Origin: Monocercomonoides exilis PA203
Lineage: Eukaryota; Protista; Preaxostyla
NCBI GenBank assembly: GCA_001643675.2
Contig: LSRY02000001.1
Location: forward strand, 1,240,001-1,304,000
Length of the DNA: 64,000 nucleotides
Reading direction: 5' to 3'
The notes below the pieces were generated by a model. That model was given only the letters and a program-made list of their open reading frames with translations, was not told the DNA's origin and made no database searches. The position numbers and the translations under genes are program-made. Shown here one piece after another: positions 33,301-45,304 of this stretch (position 1 is its first letter; every line of letters begins with the position of its first letter).

Positions 33301-36300
33301 TCAATTTGTAGCATCTCTACTATCATTGTAATGTCCATTTGTGTCTTCAACAAAATCAATTGCATCGGATGCCGTTACAATCATGACTCCTGGAGGAAAA
33401 GTCTGAAAGAATTCCTTTTTCGTGTTGATGAGCGATGGTCTATCAGCTGGAAGCTGTGTCAAGCAACTTTTTACCAATTCTACAAAGCAGGAATTTGCTA
33501 TCCAATGCAAGTTTGGCCTCTCCCCATTTAAGATTTTCTGTCCTGCCACCTCTGCTTCATACTCCCCAAACGGGATCTTGAGCGTCAAGCACTCCCACAG
33601 CATCATCCCAATCGAAAAGGCAACTGATTCCTTTGTTGCCCACATCTTCTTGTTCATCAACAGCTCAGGTGCCTTCCACCTCAAACACTCTTTTCTTATA
33701 TCGTCGTCGTCTTCAAACGCGGATGAAGGAAGGGAATCATCATCATCATCGACAGATGTCACAATAGTTGATGATGAGATGGATGATGAATCAGAATCAT
33801 CAGAAGAAAGGAAGTCTGAATGCATGACAATGCAGATCACCATGTGTTCAGAGAACAATACAATGTGAGGACTCAAATTGGCCAATGACTGAAGTGGGTT
33901 CTCCATTTCATCAAATGAGTGGAGAGCTCCATTCGCCACCCAGAACAGGATTTGGGCTGCTGTTTGTTCTCTCTCCTGAAGAGTGCCTATTGCCATCTCT
34001 TTTGTCTTGTTCTTTCCATGCAACAACATGAACAGTGAATCCCTCAGATCCACAATGAGCTTCTCGTGCGGAGATGAACAGGCCATCGCATCCACCAGAT
34101 TCGACATCGACGAGGTGGTTGGACACAGATCCTCCCCTCGAACAAATGTGGAATCTGAATCAGTTGTTGAAGTGGATGAAATGGAAGGTGATGGTGATCT
34201 CTTTCTCACCTCTTCCTCCTCTTCCTTTTCTAATGCCCATTCAGGAATCTTATCTGAATCTTTCCCCAAGATGTATTCTGTCGATCCGCTTTCACTCAAC
34301 AAATGCTCTGATGACTCTGAGTGCCCCAAGCTTTTCTCATACACCCTCTTCTTGATTCTTTCTTCATTTTTCTTTTCTGCTTCCCTCTCTGCTCTCCTCC
34401 ACTGCTCTTCAGGAGACATCTCCATCGTAACCATCTCAAATGCCTTTGGGTCCTTCTTCACTGTGTCATTTACAATTATCTCCAACTCTTCTGTTCTTCT
34501 CTTTTGCTTTCTCCATCGAACAATAAAGGCAACTGCGATGATTAGAACAATCAAAAACAGAACAACAAATATCACTGCAATTATCATAGCCCATGATGTT
34601 TTCCCTTCTTTTCCTCCTTCAACAATCCTTTCGTCTCCTTTTGCCTTTGTTTCACTTCTATTCTTCAGAATGAATGACTGGGTTGATGAGGGAGAATCGG
34701 TATTCCCAAACAGAAGACACACCCTCACCTCTTCTGATTCTTCTTCTGCTTCTGCCTCAGGCTCAATCTCTGAGGATAAAATGGCACACCAGGCCTCGTG
34801 CTCATCCACAAACCCATCCTCCCCAAACTCATGCCTCTCAATGTGCTGCTCAGAGCGGAGTGAGCGCACCAGCTGGCAGGAGAGGTTGCAGGGGAGCAGG
34901 AGCTCACCCACAAACCTGAGCTTGGCCTGTGTGCCTTCCACTTCCATCTGCACCTCTCGCAGCTCAGGGACAAACAAAGCCGATGGCCGATCTGAGGCCA
35001 AACCCTTCAGAGTGCACCCCTCGTTCAGAATCCACAGCGATGAATTGTCTTTCCACCCATCGCCTCCCTTCAGACTCACCACATCCACCACAGCAGTGCC
35101 TGTGCAAACAACATTTCTTCGAGCCGATGGATATTGCGGAAGAGAAGGCGTGTTGTTCACAAACATCCCCATGGTGATGTCAACATTCCCACCTGATATC
35201 GATAGCGCTCCTTTTGTGGAGTTAGTAATTGTTGTGTCTATCAACTCAGCCTGGCACCTCGTTAATGCAACCAAAGAGCCGTTCCATTGGCAGATTTCAT
35301 TCTCCTCTTCTGTATTTATTTTTCCTTCTTTCTTATTTTCCTCACCACATTTGCGGATAAAGCAGGCATCCAGCGCAATCTCTGCACAGTCAGCCGCGCT
35401 GATCATACATCCTTCGTTCTGTTCAACTTCCATCCCTGAATACGAGCAGTTGCTTAGATGGATGCAGGATGAGGAATCACCAGACGAGACAAAGCTGGTT
35501 CCTGTTGATTTGTGCCTCATGTCTGACAGCGAGCAATGCTCCAGTCTCACGGAAGTACTGAATTCTGTTGCTATGCCTGCAAGTTGTGCCTCCTGCTCCA
35601 CGAACAGAAGTGGTTGAGCAACCGATGTTGCGTTGTGCATTTTCCAGTCACGGATGGACACGTTTGTACTGAGGCTGGGGTGGATAAGGAAGAGGCAGCA
35701 GCGTGTGCACAACCCAACAACCGCGCTCTGATCCATCACCAGACTGCCTCCATGAATGTCTATCAGCGGACATTCCAGATAGATCAACGAGTACACTGCC
35801 CCTTCTTCGAACAGACAGTCCTGGAACATTGTTTCTCCTCCTTCCACTTTGAATATACACACGAAACTCTCAGAAAACCCACACTTGATTACGAAATCAA
35901 CACGAACATACGTCACATAATTCTTGTGTGTGATGCACGATTCTCCTGCACCTTTGCCTTCAACGTCTATTGCTACCTTGCACTGTTCAGCTGACCGAGA
36001 TACAATCATTATGTCCTCCAGTTTCAGGACACTTGCCACAATCGATTCCTTGTCCACAACCAGCTGGCTAACCACATCGTTTGTAAGGTGCGTCACTCCG
36101 TAGTTCACTGTCAGGCAAGGAGTCTTCTGCCTCCCACACTGCCTTTCGTCCTTCCCACCCTTTCCTTCAGCAGCGCTCACCAGGATCACATCGTTCTGGT
36201 ACACTACAATCAGTTCAATCAGGTCGATTGGTGTTTTGTAATGTTTTCCATCCATCCCGAAGATTGCATTAACTCGATAATATTCTGAGTCGCGAAAGTC

Positions 36301-39300
36301 GAGTCTGAACTGACTCTCGTTGATCTGCTCATCAATATCAAAGCACTCCACAAATATATCACGGCCCACCAGTGCTTTATTCCCACTGAATGTGCACTTC
36401 TCAAACACGCACTTCAGCTCGCCCTTTTCCAAGCTCCGCACATACACTCCGCCTCCCATTCCACTTTCACTACTGCATTCACAATTGCCAACTTCCGATC
36501 TGTTCACACTAATAAATCCGCCTTTCCCCATATCTACCATGACAGAACCTCCTCTATCGCTCCCTCTAGTTTTGCACTCCGTCATCTTCGTCTCGTTCAC
36601 ATCCACAGCTGTTCCTGAGCAGCCTTCCTCGCACCATACAAAGCCAGCCTTCTCATCCAAACTTGTCAGAGATTCAATTGTCGAGTTCACTATTGAAAGT
36701 GCACTGATGTCTCCATCCTCATTTGCATTCCTGCCTCCTCCATTCTCCAACAACATCTGAAAAACACTCCCTGAGACAACAACAACTGACGACAGTTCAA
36801 AACCTGATACACTACACTTAGAGCCTCTCTGGATCTCAAACAATCCTCTGCCAAGATGCAGCGGCCAAATTCGAATGGATAAAATAACTGCACTGCCTTT
36901 CTTCATCGAAAGGAACATGCACTCAACAGCCTCTGTGCTATTTCCCACTGCACCAAAAGAACATTTTTCAATCCTCAAACAGTCTCCCTCGTTCACTACA
37001 ACTGCCTTCTCTCTATTCTCAAAATTACATGCCACCAGCATGTTTATTCCTTTCATCTCCATCTTATTTTTGTTCCTGAGCAATGTGTTGTCTTCGTCCA
37101 TGGATGGATTTGAGAAAATGATTGACGATGTGATAATCTCATCTTCTTCTTCCTCTTCTTCTGTTATTGTTGATGATCTTCCATTGCTCCCGATTATACT
37201 CACTCCAGACACATCCAGTGTGCATTTGATTTCCACATCGCTTTCCACAAGTAGATTAAGTGCGACCTCGTTGCGATCTAAGTGGCGTAAACCTTCCCAT
37301 AGCGTTTCGCATGGCCATTCTAAACTTCCGCACCTCTTCAGGTCTGCACCCTTCTTTGACACATGCACATCTCCGCTCACATACTTCACCAGAAACAGCA
37401 GCAGATCGATTCCTTTAAAAACTGAGTCTTCTCCCACAAACATGTTTGGATTGTTGCTAAACTGAGCATAGTTGAAACTGAATGTTTCATCGTTTACCGA
37501 ACTGTTCAGATTCTGTGCGCACAAATAGATGTTTGTCCCCACAGATGCATTATTTTCATCAAACGTTATGTTCTCAAAATGAAATGGAAGTGACGCTTCT
37601 GACTCGTTGCATTCCAGTTGCAAAAACCCTCCTTTCCCGTTTCTAGCACTACACTCGCACCTTCTGGATGTGGTATTTCTTATTTCTATCAACTCTGTCC
37701 CAGTGAGCCGTGCGTTGCATGCTCCTCCATCAGCTACGATGCCCGTCGCAATGCTTTGGAATGTGCAGTTGGCTATGTTGCAGATGCATTGCAGCACCAG
37801 CGGTTCGCTCCCGAACTCCATCCCAGCAACAATACACTTTATCAGCTTGACTGTTCCCCCGCTGGAGAAGATTAGCTTGAATGACCGTTCCACATTTCTG
37901 GCACTGCTGAAAGTGCATGTATGGCATTCCAGTGTTCCTGTTACTGAACGCAGGATCCACCTCACATTGCTCTTCAATTCCTCCGGAAGCAGTATTTCCA
38001 CATTCTTTAGCACAAACTTTCCAACATTTCTCATCACATGCTCCACATCAGACTCAGGTACAGAGTTTGATCCAGTACCTGATATCACTGAGTGCAGATA
38101 TGGGGAGATTGAAAGTGTAATTTGGGTGTCTGGATCAGAAGAATCCACAGACAGCGCTGTAGTATCGTAATGATCTTCGACTGTTGCTGAGTCGAGAATT
38201 GATAGCTCGATTAGTTCTGTATCTGCACTCTGCTCAACAGTGTTCCTGAATCCTCGCCAAAACGAGCTACATGGATACTCTGCCGCACCGCACCCAATAA
38301 CATCATACCCCGTGTTCGACACGCACACTCTCCTCAGCTTCATATGCACAACAAACAGATGCAGATCCACTGGTGTGGAAAATGACTCGATGTCTGTTCC
38401 CATCATATCACCCAGCTGGATCTCATTCTCCTCAAATAGCGAAGCAGAAATGCTTGTGGGTGTGATAGTGCTGTTTAGCTGAATGCATTTGACGAACAAA
38501 TCTCTCCCCTCGACAGCATTGTTTCCACTGAATTGCACCAGAAGCAGTTCGAAGTACACATCTTTACTCTCCAGATGCACATAGGCGCATCCACCTCTTC
38601 CTCCCATTCCGCTTGCTTCTCTCTGTGCACGGCATAAGGAAAACTCCACAATACTAAAATTCCCTATTTTCAGAGTTCCTTTATGTTTTACACACACAGA
38701 CAGGCATCCTCCGCTTCCTTCTTCACAGCAGCATTGTGAAAACGAAATGTTGTTCAGAATCAGTGAATCATCTTCCTCCACACTCAGCTCTATCACTGTT
38801 CCATCTCCCTTCTGCCGTGAAATTCCTCTGAATCTTACGTCTTCAGCAGCCAGTGCATGAGGGGAATTGAGAGTGAAAAGTGGCTTATTATTCAATCTGA
38901 TGGATTCCACTGTACAGTGCTCAAGTTTCATCATTCCACTGCTGGCATGAAGCACCGAGCATCCAAATATTTGTGATCCATTAGAACTGATTGTCACCTT
39001 AAATAGCGATATCACTCCCGCATCCTCGCTCACGCGAAACAATCCAGACCCAGAGTTTGAACCATGAACCACATTTACTGATGAAACACCAAGAGATCCA
39101 CTAGAAACAGAAAAAAGCCAGCACGAGTTTCCAATTTGTGTTGGACTCATCACACACTCACAGCCAGGCTGTGTGCTTCCAACTATTGCGACTAACTTTG
39201 AACCTATGTTCACACCTTCTGCATCGAATTCTGTGTGCATCCCATCTGCAAGCATGAGGGTGCAGTTGCTGTTCGTTGTTTCGTGTGTGATTGCAAACTT

Positions 39301-41016
39301 GATAGACCTGCAGCCAGATGCCTCGCTTCTTCCGCACCATAAATCATCAGTTCCCGTATTCCCCACCACTATCCGTGTAATGCAACCATATGGTAACCAC
39401 TCATCAACAAAGCTGCTTGCGGATTCATCAACAAGGTGATATACTCTTTTGGATTCTGAGGTGAGTGAAAATGAACTGACAAATGGAGAAAAATTGATTC
39501 TGTTGTTAAGATCTTCAATGAATACATCCATCCCGAACTCTGTTGCATTGTTCCCTCTAAAGAAGAAGAAATACAAAAACTGACTTGGAGTGACTGAAGA
39601 GATTCGAAGCAAAAGACCTCCTCTGCTCGCACTCGTGAAACAGTTTTGTATCATTATTTCGCTAAATCTCATAGAGTTATTATTCATATATCCAATAAAA
39701 AAGCCACCTCCACTTGGTGATGCGTCTGACTTGCAAGAAGAAATAGATATATTCCATGTACATGCTTTGCTTTGATCAAAGTTACATTGATCAGAATTAG
39801 TAACTTCGTAATTATCATATGAAAGTCCACCGCCATATTTTGTTTCACAGTCATGAATGTAATTGGACGAAACTATTCTGCTTATTAAATGACTATATGT
39901 TTGAATTGCCCCACCATAAAAACCAGATGAACATTTCGTAAAACTGCTGTTACAAATTGAAACAGAATTGATGTTCACTAAATATAAAGCTCCACCGGAT
40001 CCAATGGATGAGCAGCTATCAAAAGTGCATGATTTAATTTTTATGTCTGAATTTTGATTGAAGCAATTGATTGCACCACCTGAAGATCCTGTTGTGGAGT
40101 GCCATTCACAATTTGCAAAAGAAACTGATCCCAATGTCTCGTTGTTGTCAAAATGCTTCATTGTCGTATTGTTTGCATATTCTTGATTATTACTCAAAAA
40201 ATGTGCGGATCGGCTGAATGAAGTGTTAAAGGAATGGTGAAGCGAAGGTGGATCGTTGATGGATTTGACAATCCAACCGTAAAATACATTGTCAACCATA
40301 TCGAAGAGGCAGCTCGAAATCCTGGTGGTGCATTTGTATAGAGTTCCAGTTGTACTGTTTTTAAGAAACTGACCCCATGAAACATTCCTGAACTCTACGC
40401 ATGTGAGCTGAAGGCTGCTCACAGTTGTTTGTGGGAAAAACGGAATGCAAGATAGAACAAGCGATGAAAACGACGAACTTGCAACCTCTGCTATTCCAGA
40501 ACCTTGCGGAAACGGAGGAGACGCAAAGAAGGGAGGTAGTGGACTTGATGTGCGAGCTGAAGGAGCAAAAGTGATATTCGAAAATTGTGAAACTCCAGAC
40601 AAACACATGAACAGAGCCTTTGACTCTTTCTCCCAATTTGTGATTATGCACGAAAATATTTGTATTGAAGGATTCTCAGAAATTGCCAGCATGATGATGA
40701 GTTGATTTGCGTGAAAAGTTAGACATGAAGCAGTAAATGAAGAGTTGATTACCAAAAGAGTGGACGACACAACAGGTCCATTTGTAATTTGATGCGGGTG
40801 CTGTTCTTGTTGCGTTGAGATGTTGTGACTGCTGTGTCCATTGACCGAGTCCGAATGAAGGCCAGGGATTTTTGTATTTTCTGAGCATTGTGCTGGATAC
40901 TGGAACAAATCTGATCTTTGAGTGAAGAATGGACTGGTATAAGTATTATCCACACAAGCGAAGAAGGACAGCAGAACAAAGAAGCAAAGTGAGTTTAAAT
41001 GTCTGCTTTTGGACAT
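33301..41016 (-). CDS. Receptor-like protein (~2571 aa): beta-helix ectodomain, TM, TKL/tyrosine-kinase-like pseudokinase
   Basis: First ATG at 41016 gives signal-like MSKSRHLNSLCFFVLLSFFAC; four CGx4-5(P/G)C motifs; TM WAMIIAVIFVVLFLIVLIIAVAFIV; C-lobe motifs RWKAPE, AFSIGMMLWECLT, IPF, GERP, C...P.DRPS; no GxGxxG, HRD or DFG. Confidence 0.9.
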   Translation of the reverse strand: MSKSRHLNSLCFFVLLSFFACVDNTYTSPFFTQRSDLFQYPAQCSENTKIPGLHSDSVNGHSSHNISTQQEQHPHQITNGPVVSSTLLVINSSFTASCLTFHANQLIIMLAISENPSIQIFSCIITNWEKESKALFMCLSGVSQFSNITFAPSARTSSPLPPFFASPPFPQGSGIAEVASSSFSSLVLSCIPFFPQTTVSSLQLTCVEFRNVSWGQFLKNSTTGTLYKCTTRISSCLFDMVDNVFYGWIVKSINDPPSLHHSFNTSFSRSAHFLSNNQEYANNTTMKHFDNNETLGSVSFANCEWHSTTGSSGGAINCFNQNSDIKIKSCTFDSCSSIGSGGALYLVNINSVSICNSSFTKCSSGFYGGAIQTYSHLISRIVSSNYIHDCETKYGGGLSYDNYEVTNSDQCNFDQSKACTWNISISSCKSDASPSGGGFFIGYMNNNSMRFSEIMIQNCFTSASRGGLLLRISSVTPSQFLYFFFFRGNNATEFGMDVFIEDLNNRINFSPFVSSFSLTSESKRVYHLVDESASSFVDEWLPYGCITRIVVGNTGTDDLWCGRSEASGCRSIKFAITHETTNSNCTLMLADGMHTEFDAEGVNIGSKLVAIVGSTQPGCECVMSPTQIGNSCWLFSVSSGSLGVSSVNVVHGSNSGSGLFRVSEDAGVISLFKVTISSNGSQIFGCSVLHASSGMMKLEHCTVESIRLNNKPLFTLNSPHALAAEDVRFRGISRQKGDGTVIELSVEEDDSLILNNISFSQCCCEEGSGGCLSVCVKHKGTLKIGNFSIVEFSLCRAQREASGMGGRGGCAYVHLESKDVYFELLLVQFSGNNAVEGRDLFVKCIQLNSTITPTSISASLFEENEIQLGDMMGTDIESFSTPVDLHLFVVHMKLRRVCVSNTGYDVIGCGAAEYPCSSFWRGFRNTVEQSADTELIELSILDSATVEDHYDTTALSVDSSDPDTQITLSISPYLHSVISGTGSNSVPESDVEHVMRNVGKFVLKNVEILLPEELKSNVRWILRSVTGTLECHTCTFSSARNVERSFKLIFSSGGTVKLIKCIVAGMEFGSEPLVLQCICNIANCTFQSIATGIVADGGACNARLTGTELIEIRNTTSRRCECSARNGKGGFLQLECNESEASLPFHFENITFDENNASVGTNIYLCAQNLNSSVNDETFSFNYAQFSNNPNMFVGEDSVFKGIDLLLFLVKYVSGDVHVSKKGADLKRCGSLEWPCETLWEGLRHLDRNEVALNLLVESDVEIKCTLDVSGVSIIGSNGRSSTITEEEEEEDEIITSSIIFSNPSMDEDNTLLRNKNKMEMKGINMLVACNFENREKAVVVNEGDCLRIEKCSFGAVGNSTEAVECMFLSMKKGSAVILSIRIWPLHLGRGLFEIQRGSKCSVSGFELSSVVVVSGSVFQMLLENGGGRNANEDGDISALSIVNSTIESLTSLDEKAGFVWCEEGCSGTAVDVNETKMTECKTRGSDRGGSVMVDMGKGGFISVNRSEVGNCECSSESGMGGGVYVRSLEKGELKCVFEKCTFSGNKALVGRDIFVECFDIDEQINESQFRLDFRDSEYYRVNAIFGMDGKHYKTPIDLIELIVVYQNDVILVSAAEGKGGKDERQCGRQKTPCLTVNYGVTHLTNDVVSQLVVDKESIVASVLKLEDIMIVSRSAEQCKVAIDVEGKGAGESCITHKNYVTYVRVDFVIKCGFSESFVCIFKVEGGETMFQDCLFEEGAVYSLIYLECPLIDIHGGSLVMDQSAVVGLCTRCCLFLIHPSLSTNVSIRDWKMHNATSVAQPLLFVEQEAQLAGIATEFSTSVRLEHCSLSDMRHKSTGTSFVSSGDSSSCIHLSNCSYSGMEVEQNEGCMISAADCAEIALDACFIRKCGEENKKEGKINTEEENEICQWNGSLVALTRCQAELIDTTITNSTKGALSISGGNVDITMGMFVNNTPSLPQYPSARRNVVCTGTAVVDVVSLKGGDGWKDNSSLWILNEGCTLKGLASDRPSALFVPELREVQMEVEGTQAKLRFVGELLLPCNLSCQLVRSLRSEQHIERHEFGEDGFVDEHEAWCAILSSEIEPEAEAEEESEEVRVCLLFGNTDSPSSTQSFILKNRSETKAKGDERIVEGGKEGKTSWAMIIAVIFVVLFLIVLIIAVAFIVRWRKQKRRTEELEIIVNDTVKKDPKAFEMVTMEMSPEEQWRRAEREAEKKNEERIKKRVYEKSLGHSESSEHLLSESGSTEYILGKDSDKIPEWALEKEEEEEVRKRSPSPSISSTSTTDSDSTFVRGEDLCPTTSSMSNLVDAMACSSPHEKLIVDLRDSLFMLLHGKNKTKEMAIGTLQEREQTAAQILFWVANGALHSFDEMENPLQSLANLSPHIVLFSEHMVICIVMHSDFLSSDDSDSSSISSSTIVTSVDDDDDSLPSSAFEDDDDIRKECLRWKAPELLMNKKMWATKESVAFSIGMMLWECLTLKIPFGEYEAEVAGQKILNGERPNLHWIANSCFVELVKSCLTQLPADRPSLINTKKEFFQTFPPGVMIVTASDAIDFVEDTNGHYNDSRDATN

Positions 41017-42217
41017 CACAACTTTGTGATTGATCAGAACCAAATTTTCAATTGAATGATTAAAAATTTGGGACAGAATTCTTGCATTTATGAAAAATTC
41101 AATGATTTGTTCCAAATATTTTCTGCAATCGTATGGTTATTATTCTAACATTATCGTGCAATCAAAAATATAAAAATGTGAAAAATCGAAAAAAATCTTT
41201 GAAAGAACTGTGTGGAACAAAATTCATAAAACAAAAAATTTTATATAATAAAATTTGCATTCTAAATAATTTTTTTTTTTTTTTTTCAAACAAAATAACA
41301 ATTTTTCATTCGAATTAATAATTGTTTAAAACCAAACATAATTTTATTCACTTTCTCACAAAATTTAGTGTGAATCATATTTTCACTTTTCAAAAAAAAA
41401 ATAATATGTGTTGTTAAATTTTTTCGTGTGAAAGAATTTTTGGAATTTTTTATTTTCTCCTGAATTTTTAAATTTTTTTAATTATTTTTATTCCTATGAA
41501 AACATAAGATATTTTCGTTTCGAATGCAAAAATTATTTATTTGAATACAAAAATTCTTATTTTGAATTATTTTTGGTGTAACTTTGAAATTAACAATTTT
41601 AAAATTTTTATTCCACCTTTTCACAAATTTTTGGAGATAAAACTATTATTATTTTCTATTCGTTCAAATCCAATTCTTTCATTTTTTGTGATATTGTAAA
41701 ACGAAAATAATAAAAATGAGGAAAGTTAGTTAATACAGCCTTTTCCTGACATAATCACATCTTGTTTTGTTCAAATTTTTGTGAACATATCCGATTGTGA
41801 TTATAAGCGATGTCACTTCACACAGAATAGATAAAAAATAACTAATTAATATATCAATTTTTATTCAATATTCCCATTTTTGAAAATTCTTTTTTAATAT
41901 GGGAGATTATTTTTGAAATCATATCTTTTTTTGGCATGTCGATTTTTCATAGTTTAAAAATTTTTTTGAAGAGATTTTGTGATCAAATGCTGAAAATATC
42001 ACAACTGTTTTGAAAACAAATATTTTTTCCTTATCAAAGATAAAATTGTCTTCAATAAGCTTCTTCACTTTTCACTGTTTCTTGGTTAACATTAAAGATT
42101 TATTTTTGAACCGAAAATTTTGAATGAAAAAATTTGATTTGAAAAATAATCACCCATACACATTTTTTTCACTCGCTTTAACAATTTTTGTCATTAACAC
42201 ACATTCCTCAGATTCAA

Positions 42218-44792
42218 CCCTTGGTAGAAAAAGCATGAGTTTGTGGAAAAGCCGATAGTTTGTGTTTTTCAAAACCTTTTTGAAAAAGAAAATACCCTTT
42301 TGTTCGACTTGAAAATGGAAATTTAAATTCATGAATACTTTGCTTCAGTAATATTTGAGATTTTGTTTCGATATTTTTTGATACAGATGTTTGCCTTGAG
42401 TTGTGAGTTCGTCAGAAAAGAATTAAAAAATTTCGAAAAAGAATAACAATAATATTAAATAAAAAGCTGATATTTATTTGTCTTAATTTTTTTGAATAGT
42501 TCCTTTTGTTTAATTTTCAAATAAATTAAAAATTTCAAATTTCAATCAATTTTCTGTTCTCTCTCATGAAACTTTACAAAAATAGTAAAAATACCAATGT
42601 GAAGATTTTGTTTTCATGACAGAGAAATTTGGTAAGTGGAAACAGAAATTTGATCAAAATATGAAATTTTTCGTTGATGTGAAAAACGAACAAAAGGAAC
42701 TTTTCAAAAAAATTTTGACATTTGGAAAATGAATTTTTTCGAAAAAAAAATTTTTTTTTCAGCTTTCTATTTTTTTCGGACTTTGCAACACGATTAATTC
42801 AATTTTTGATCAAAAACATTATGATTGAATCATTACAAAAATTATCTTTGAATTCTCTTCATTGACAATTAGTAACTTCCGAATATCGTTTATTTTCGTC
42901 ACCTTCACAGAAAGAAAAATAAATTAAGAAGAAATATCCTATATCGTGGAAGGTCTCCGTGGTGTGGCATGCAATTTCCAATGGAGCATGGGCAAGAGAG
43001 ATAGTTGCAATCAAAGCAAAGCATCAAGTCTGAAAAGCTGGACACCCAACGATAATTACCAAAAATCAATTTGAAAAGGTGGAGAATCAAACAATAGCTT
43101 TATTATCTGAAGAAAAAATTTTTCGATTCATAAAATATACAATTGATGGTTCACAAACTTATTAATTTGATTTTTTAATTATTTTGATTATTTTGATTCA
43201 AGAAGTTATCGATTCAGAAGCAGAGAAAGAAGAAGAAAAAAGAAAGTCAATTCAAAATATTCGTAAGATCAAATAAAAAATAAGCTCCATTTTGAAAGCT
43301 TTTATATCAAGGTCAATGGAAATAGCTAAGATTTGTGCACAATCTCCGGAAACAATACGTGCGTGGTTTGAAATATTGTCAACGATGATCACAGCCAATG
43401 ATACAGATACAACAAATATCTGCAATTTCGATTAATCTTCCATCCGAGTTGGTGATGGAACGACTAAACTTGTCATATGATTTAAGAATCAATCACCTCC
43501 TGCTATTTCATCTTTTCCGAAAACTGAAAATGCAACAATTTGTGTTTTCATTAGTGCAGATGGGTCACATCAACCATTCTTTTTAATATATCCACAAAAA
43601 AAGAAACCTTCTGGATTTTCATTTCTTTCTTCGTTCAACCAGAATTATTAAGGATCCACATCTGGATGGATTTCAACTGAAATATTTCAACAATTAATGA
43701 TAAAGGAGTGGATTTTTTTGATTGCAGAAAAACAAAAATTATCCACATCAAAGAAAGCTCTCATTGTTTTTGACGACCATCGAACGTACCATTATTCAAA
43801 AGTCTAAAAGTTTGCAGAATAGAACAATGTGATAATCGAATGCTTCACCCCAAATATGGCACACCTCCTCCAGCCCTGTGACAATTGTGTCTTTGCCAGA
43901 TTGAAACAAATGCTTCAAAACTCTTTCGTGAGACCAGTTAATTTCACAACTTCTTCATTCAGGAAAGCTTTGGCAGGACTTCATGCCAGAAGCTTTGTCA
44001 GCAGCAACATCTCCCTTTATTGTGAAAACAGTATTTCTGAAAACATAAGATTATCCAGTGGCAGCTTCACCTGTGTTGCATAGAGTGACAGGTACTCCAT
44101 AATCTTCAGAAGAAACAACATCATCAGATTTGTCCTCTCAAAACATGAAGCAAAGCTTATTCAGATATTTTTCTCCAAAAGAAAATCGGCAAATGAAGGA
44201 GAAATGTGATGAAAAGCATGACACTGATATGAGGATTCCAGAAGAAATAAAAGAAAACTGTTTTGTTTACAAAGAAGTTGAAAAAGAAGACAGAAAGCGA
44301 TATAAGAACAACTTTGTGTGAAGAAAAAGATAATTAGACAAGGAAGAAAAAAGATTGATGATGATTTTAATGTTCGGAAATGAAATAAGTTGTGTGTTCA
44401 ATAACGAAGAAACTGAAACAAAGGATCCCAGAGCCAAGCGAAGTAACTCAAAAGGAGAATTATAGATGATGATTCAAATGCAGAGGACGCCAAAAAAAAA
44501 AAAAAAAAAAAAAAAAAAAACAGATAAATAAAAACTGAATTTTCATTTTTTTTATCAGACCTATAAGTTCAAATTATTTTTTTATTTGTTCTTTTATCAA
44601 TCAAAACGTTTCATTCATTTTTTATCAATTGCTTTCAATAAATAATATGTTATATCTGTTCGTTTTCTCTTTTAAAAAACTCAAAAATTTGAAGAACGAA
44701 ATCTATATGGAATTTTAAAGATTATTGCGCCAGAAAAAAGAAAGAAATTTACGTTACAGAGTGTTCTTAACTGCCGGGTTTTCCACCAAGAG
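42218..44792 (+). mobile_element. Decayed pogo-like transposon with family-B termini
   Basis: Right end CTGCCGGGTTTTCCACCAAGAG plus TA (44793-44794); degenerate left end CCCTTGGTAGAAAAAGC...GTGGAAAAGCCGATAGTT preceded by AA; transposase relic inside. Confidence 0.82.
42900..44320 (+). pseudogene. DD35D transposase pseudogene
   Basis: ICNFD*SS, ISADG, SGWISTEIF, LIVFDDHR, HLLQPCDNCVFARLK with 35-residue D2-D3 spacing; several stops and frameshifts. Confidence 0.85.
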
Positions 44793-45144
44793 TATTAATA
44801 ATAATATTATTATTATTTGAATGTTTTCATATAAAAAAATTATTGTGAAGCTTCATTTCTATGCATTTGTTTCCCGTATCAATAAATTACTTCACTCGCA
44901 TTCACAAAATCTCTTAAGCAATTCAATTTTTGTTTGAAAAAATAAATAAATAAATAAAATTGAATCATTTTTGAAATAAAAAGTCCGATAAAGACAGTAA
45001 TGGTTAAATTAAAAAAACTTCAAAATATCCAAAATGGGTAAAAAAATTAAAAAGTCTAATGCTTTCCAATAAAAAAATAAAAAACTTAAATATAATATAC
45101 GAGGATATGAAAAACATCTAAAAATAAAAATAAAAATAAAAAAA

Positions 45145-45146
<2 letters not shown>

Positions 45147-45200
<54 letters not shown>
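45147..45200 (+). repeat. Poly(A) tract (~54 nt)
   Basis: Read directly; a 29-nt A run also occurs at 44492-44520. Confidence 0.9.
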
Positions 45201-45201
<1 letters not shown>

Positions 45202-45304
45202 AAATAATCTTATTCTAAAATTGAACGAAAATAATCAAAATCTTTAGTGAACAATAAAATTTCAAAAGCATCAAACCACAAAACACGCTTAAAACATAAT
45301 ATTT

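Noticed and set aside
33983-35617. 544-aa plus-strand ORF and similar antisense ORFs (28327-29223, 45312-46133 and others)
   Set aside because: They are shadows of real genes on the opposite strand, Ser/Phe/Leu-rich and without motifs.
41017-41115. N-terminal extension of the 2604-aa ORF
   Set aside because: It starts at TTG; the ATG at 41016 directly precedes a signal-like segment.
45147-45200. Poly(A) tract as a retroelement tail
   Set aside because: No TSD, reverse transcriptase or SINE body is visible; it lies in the 3' flank of the LRR gene.
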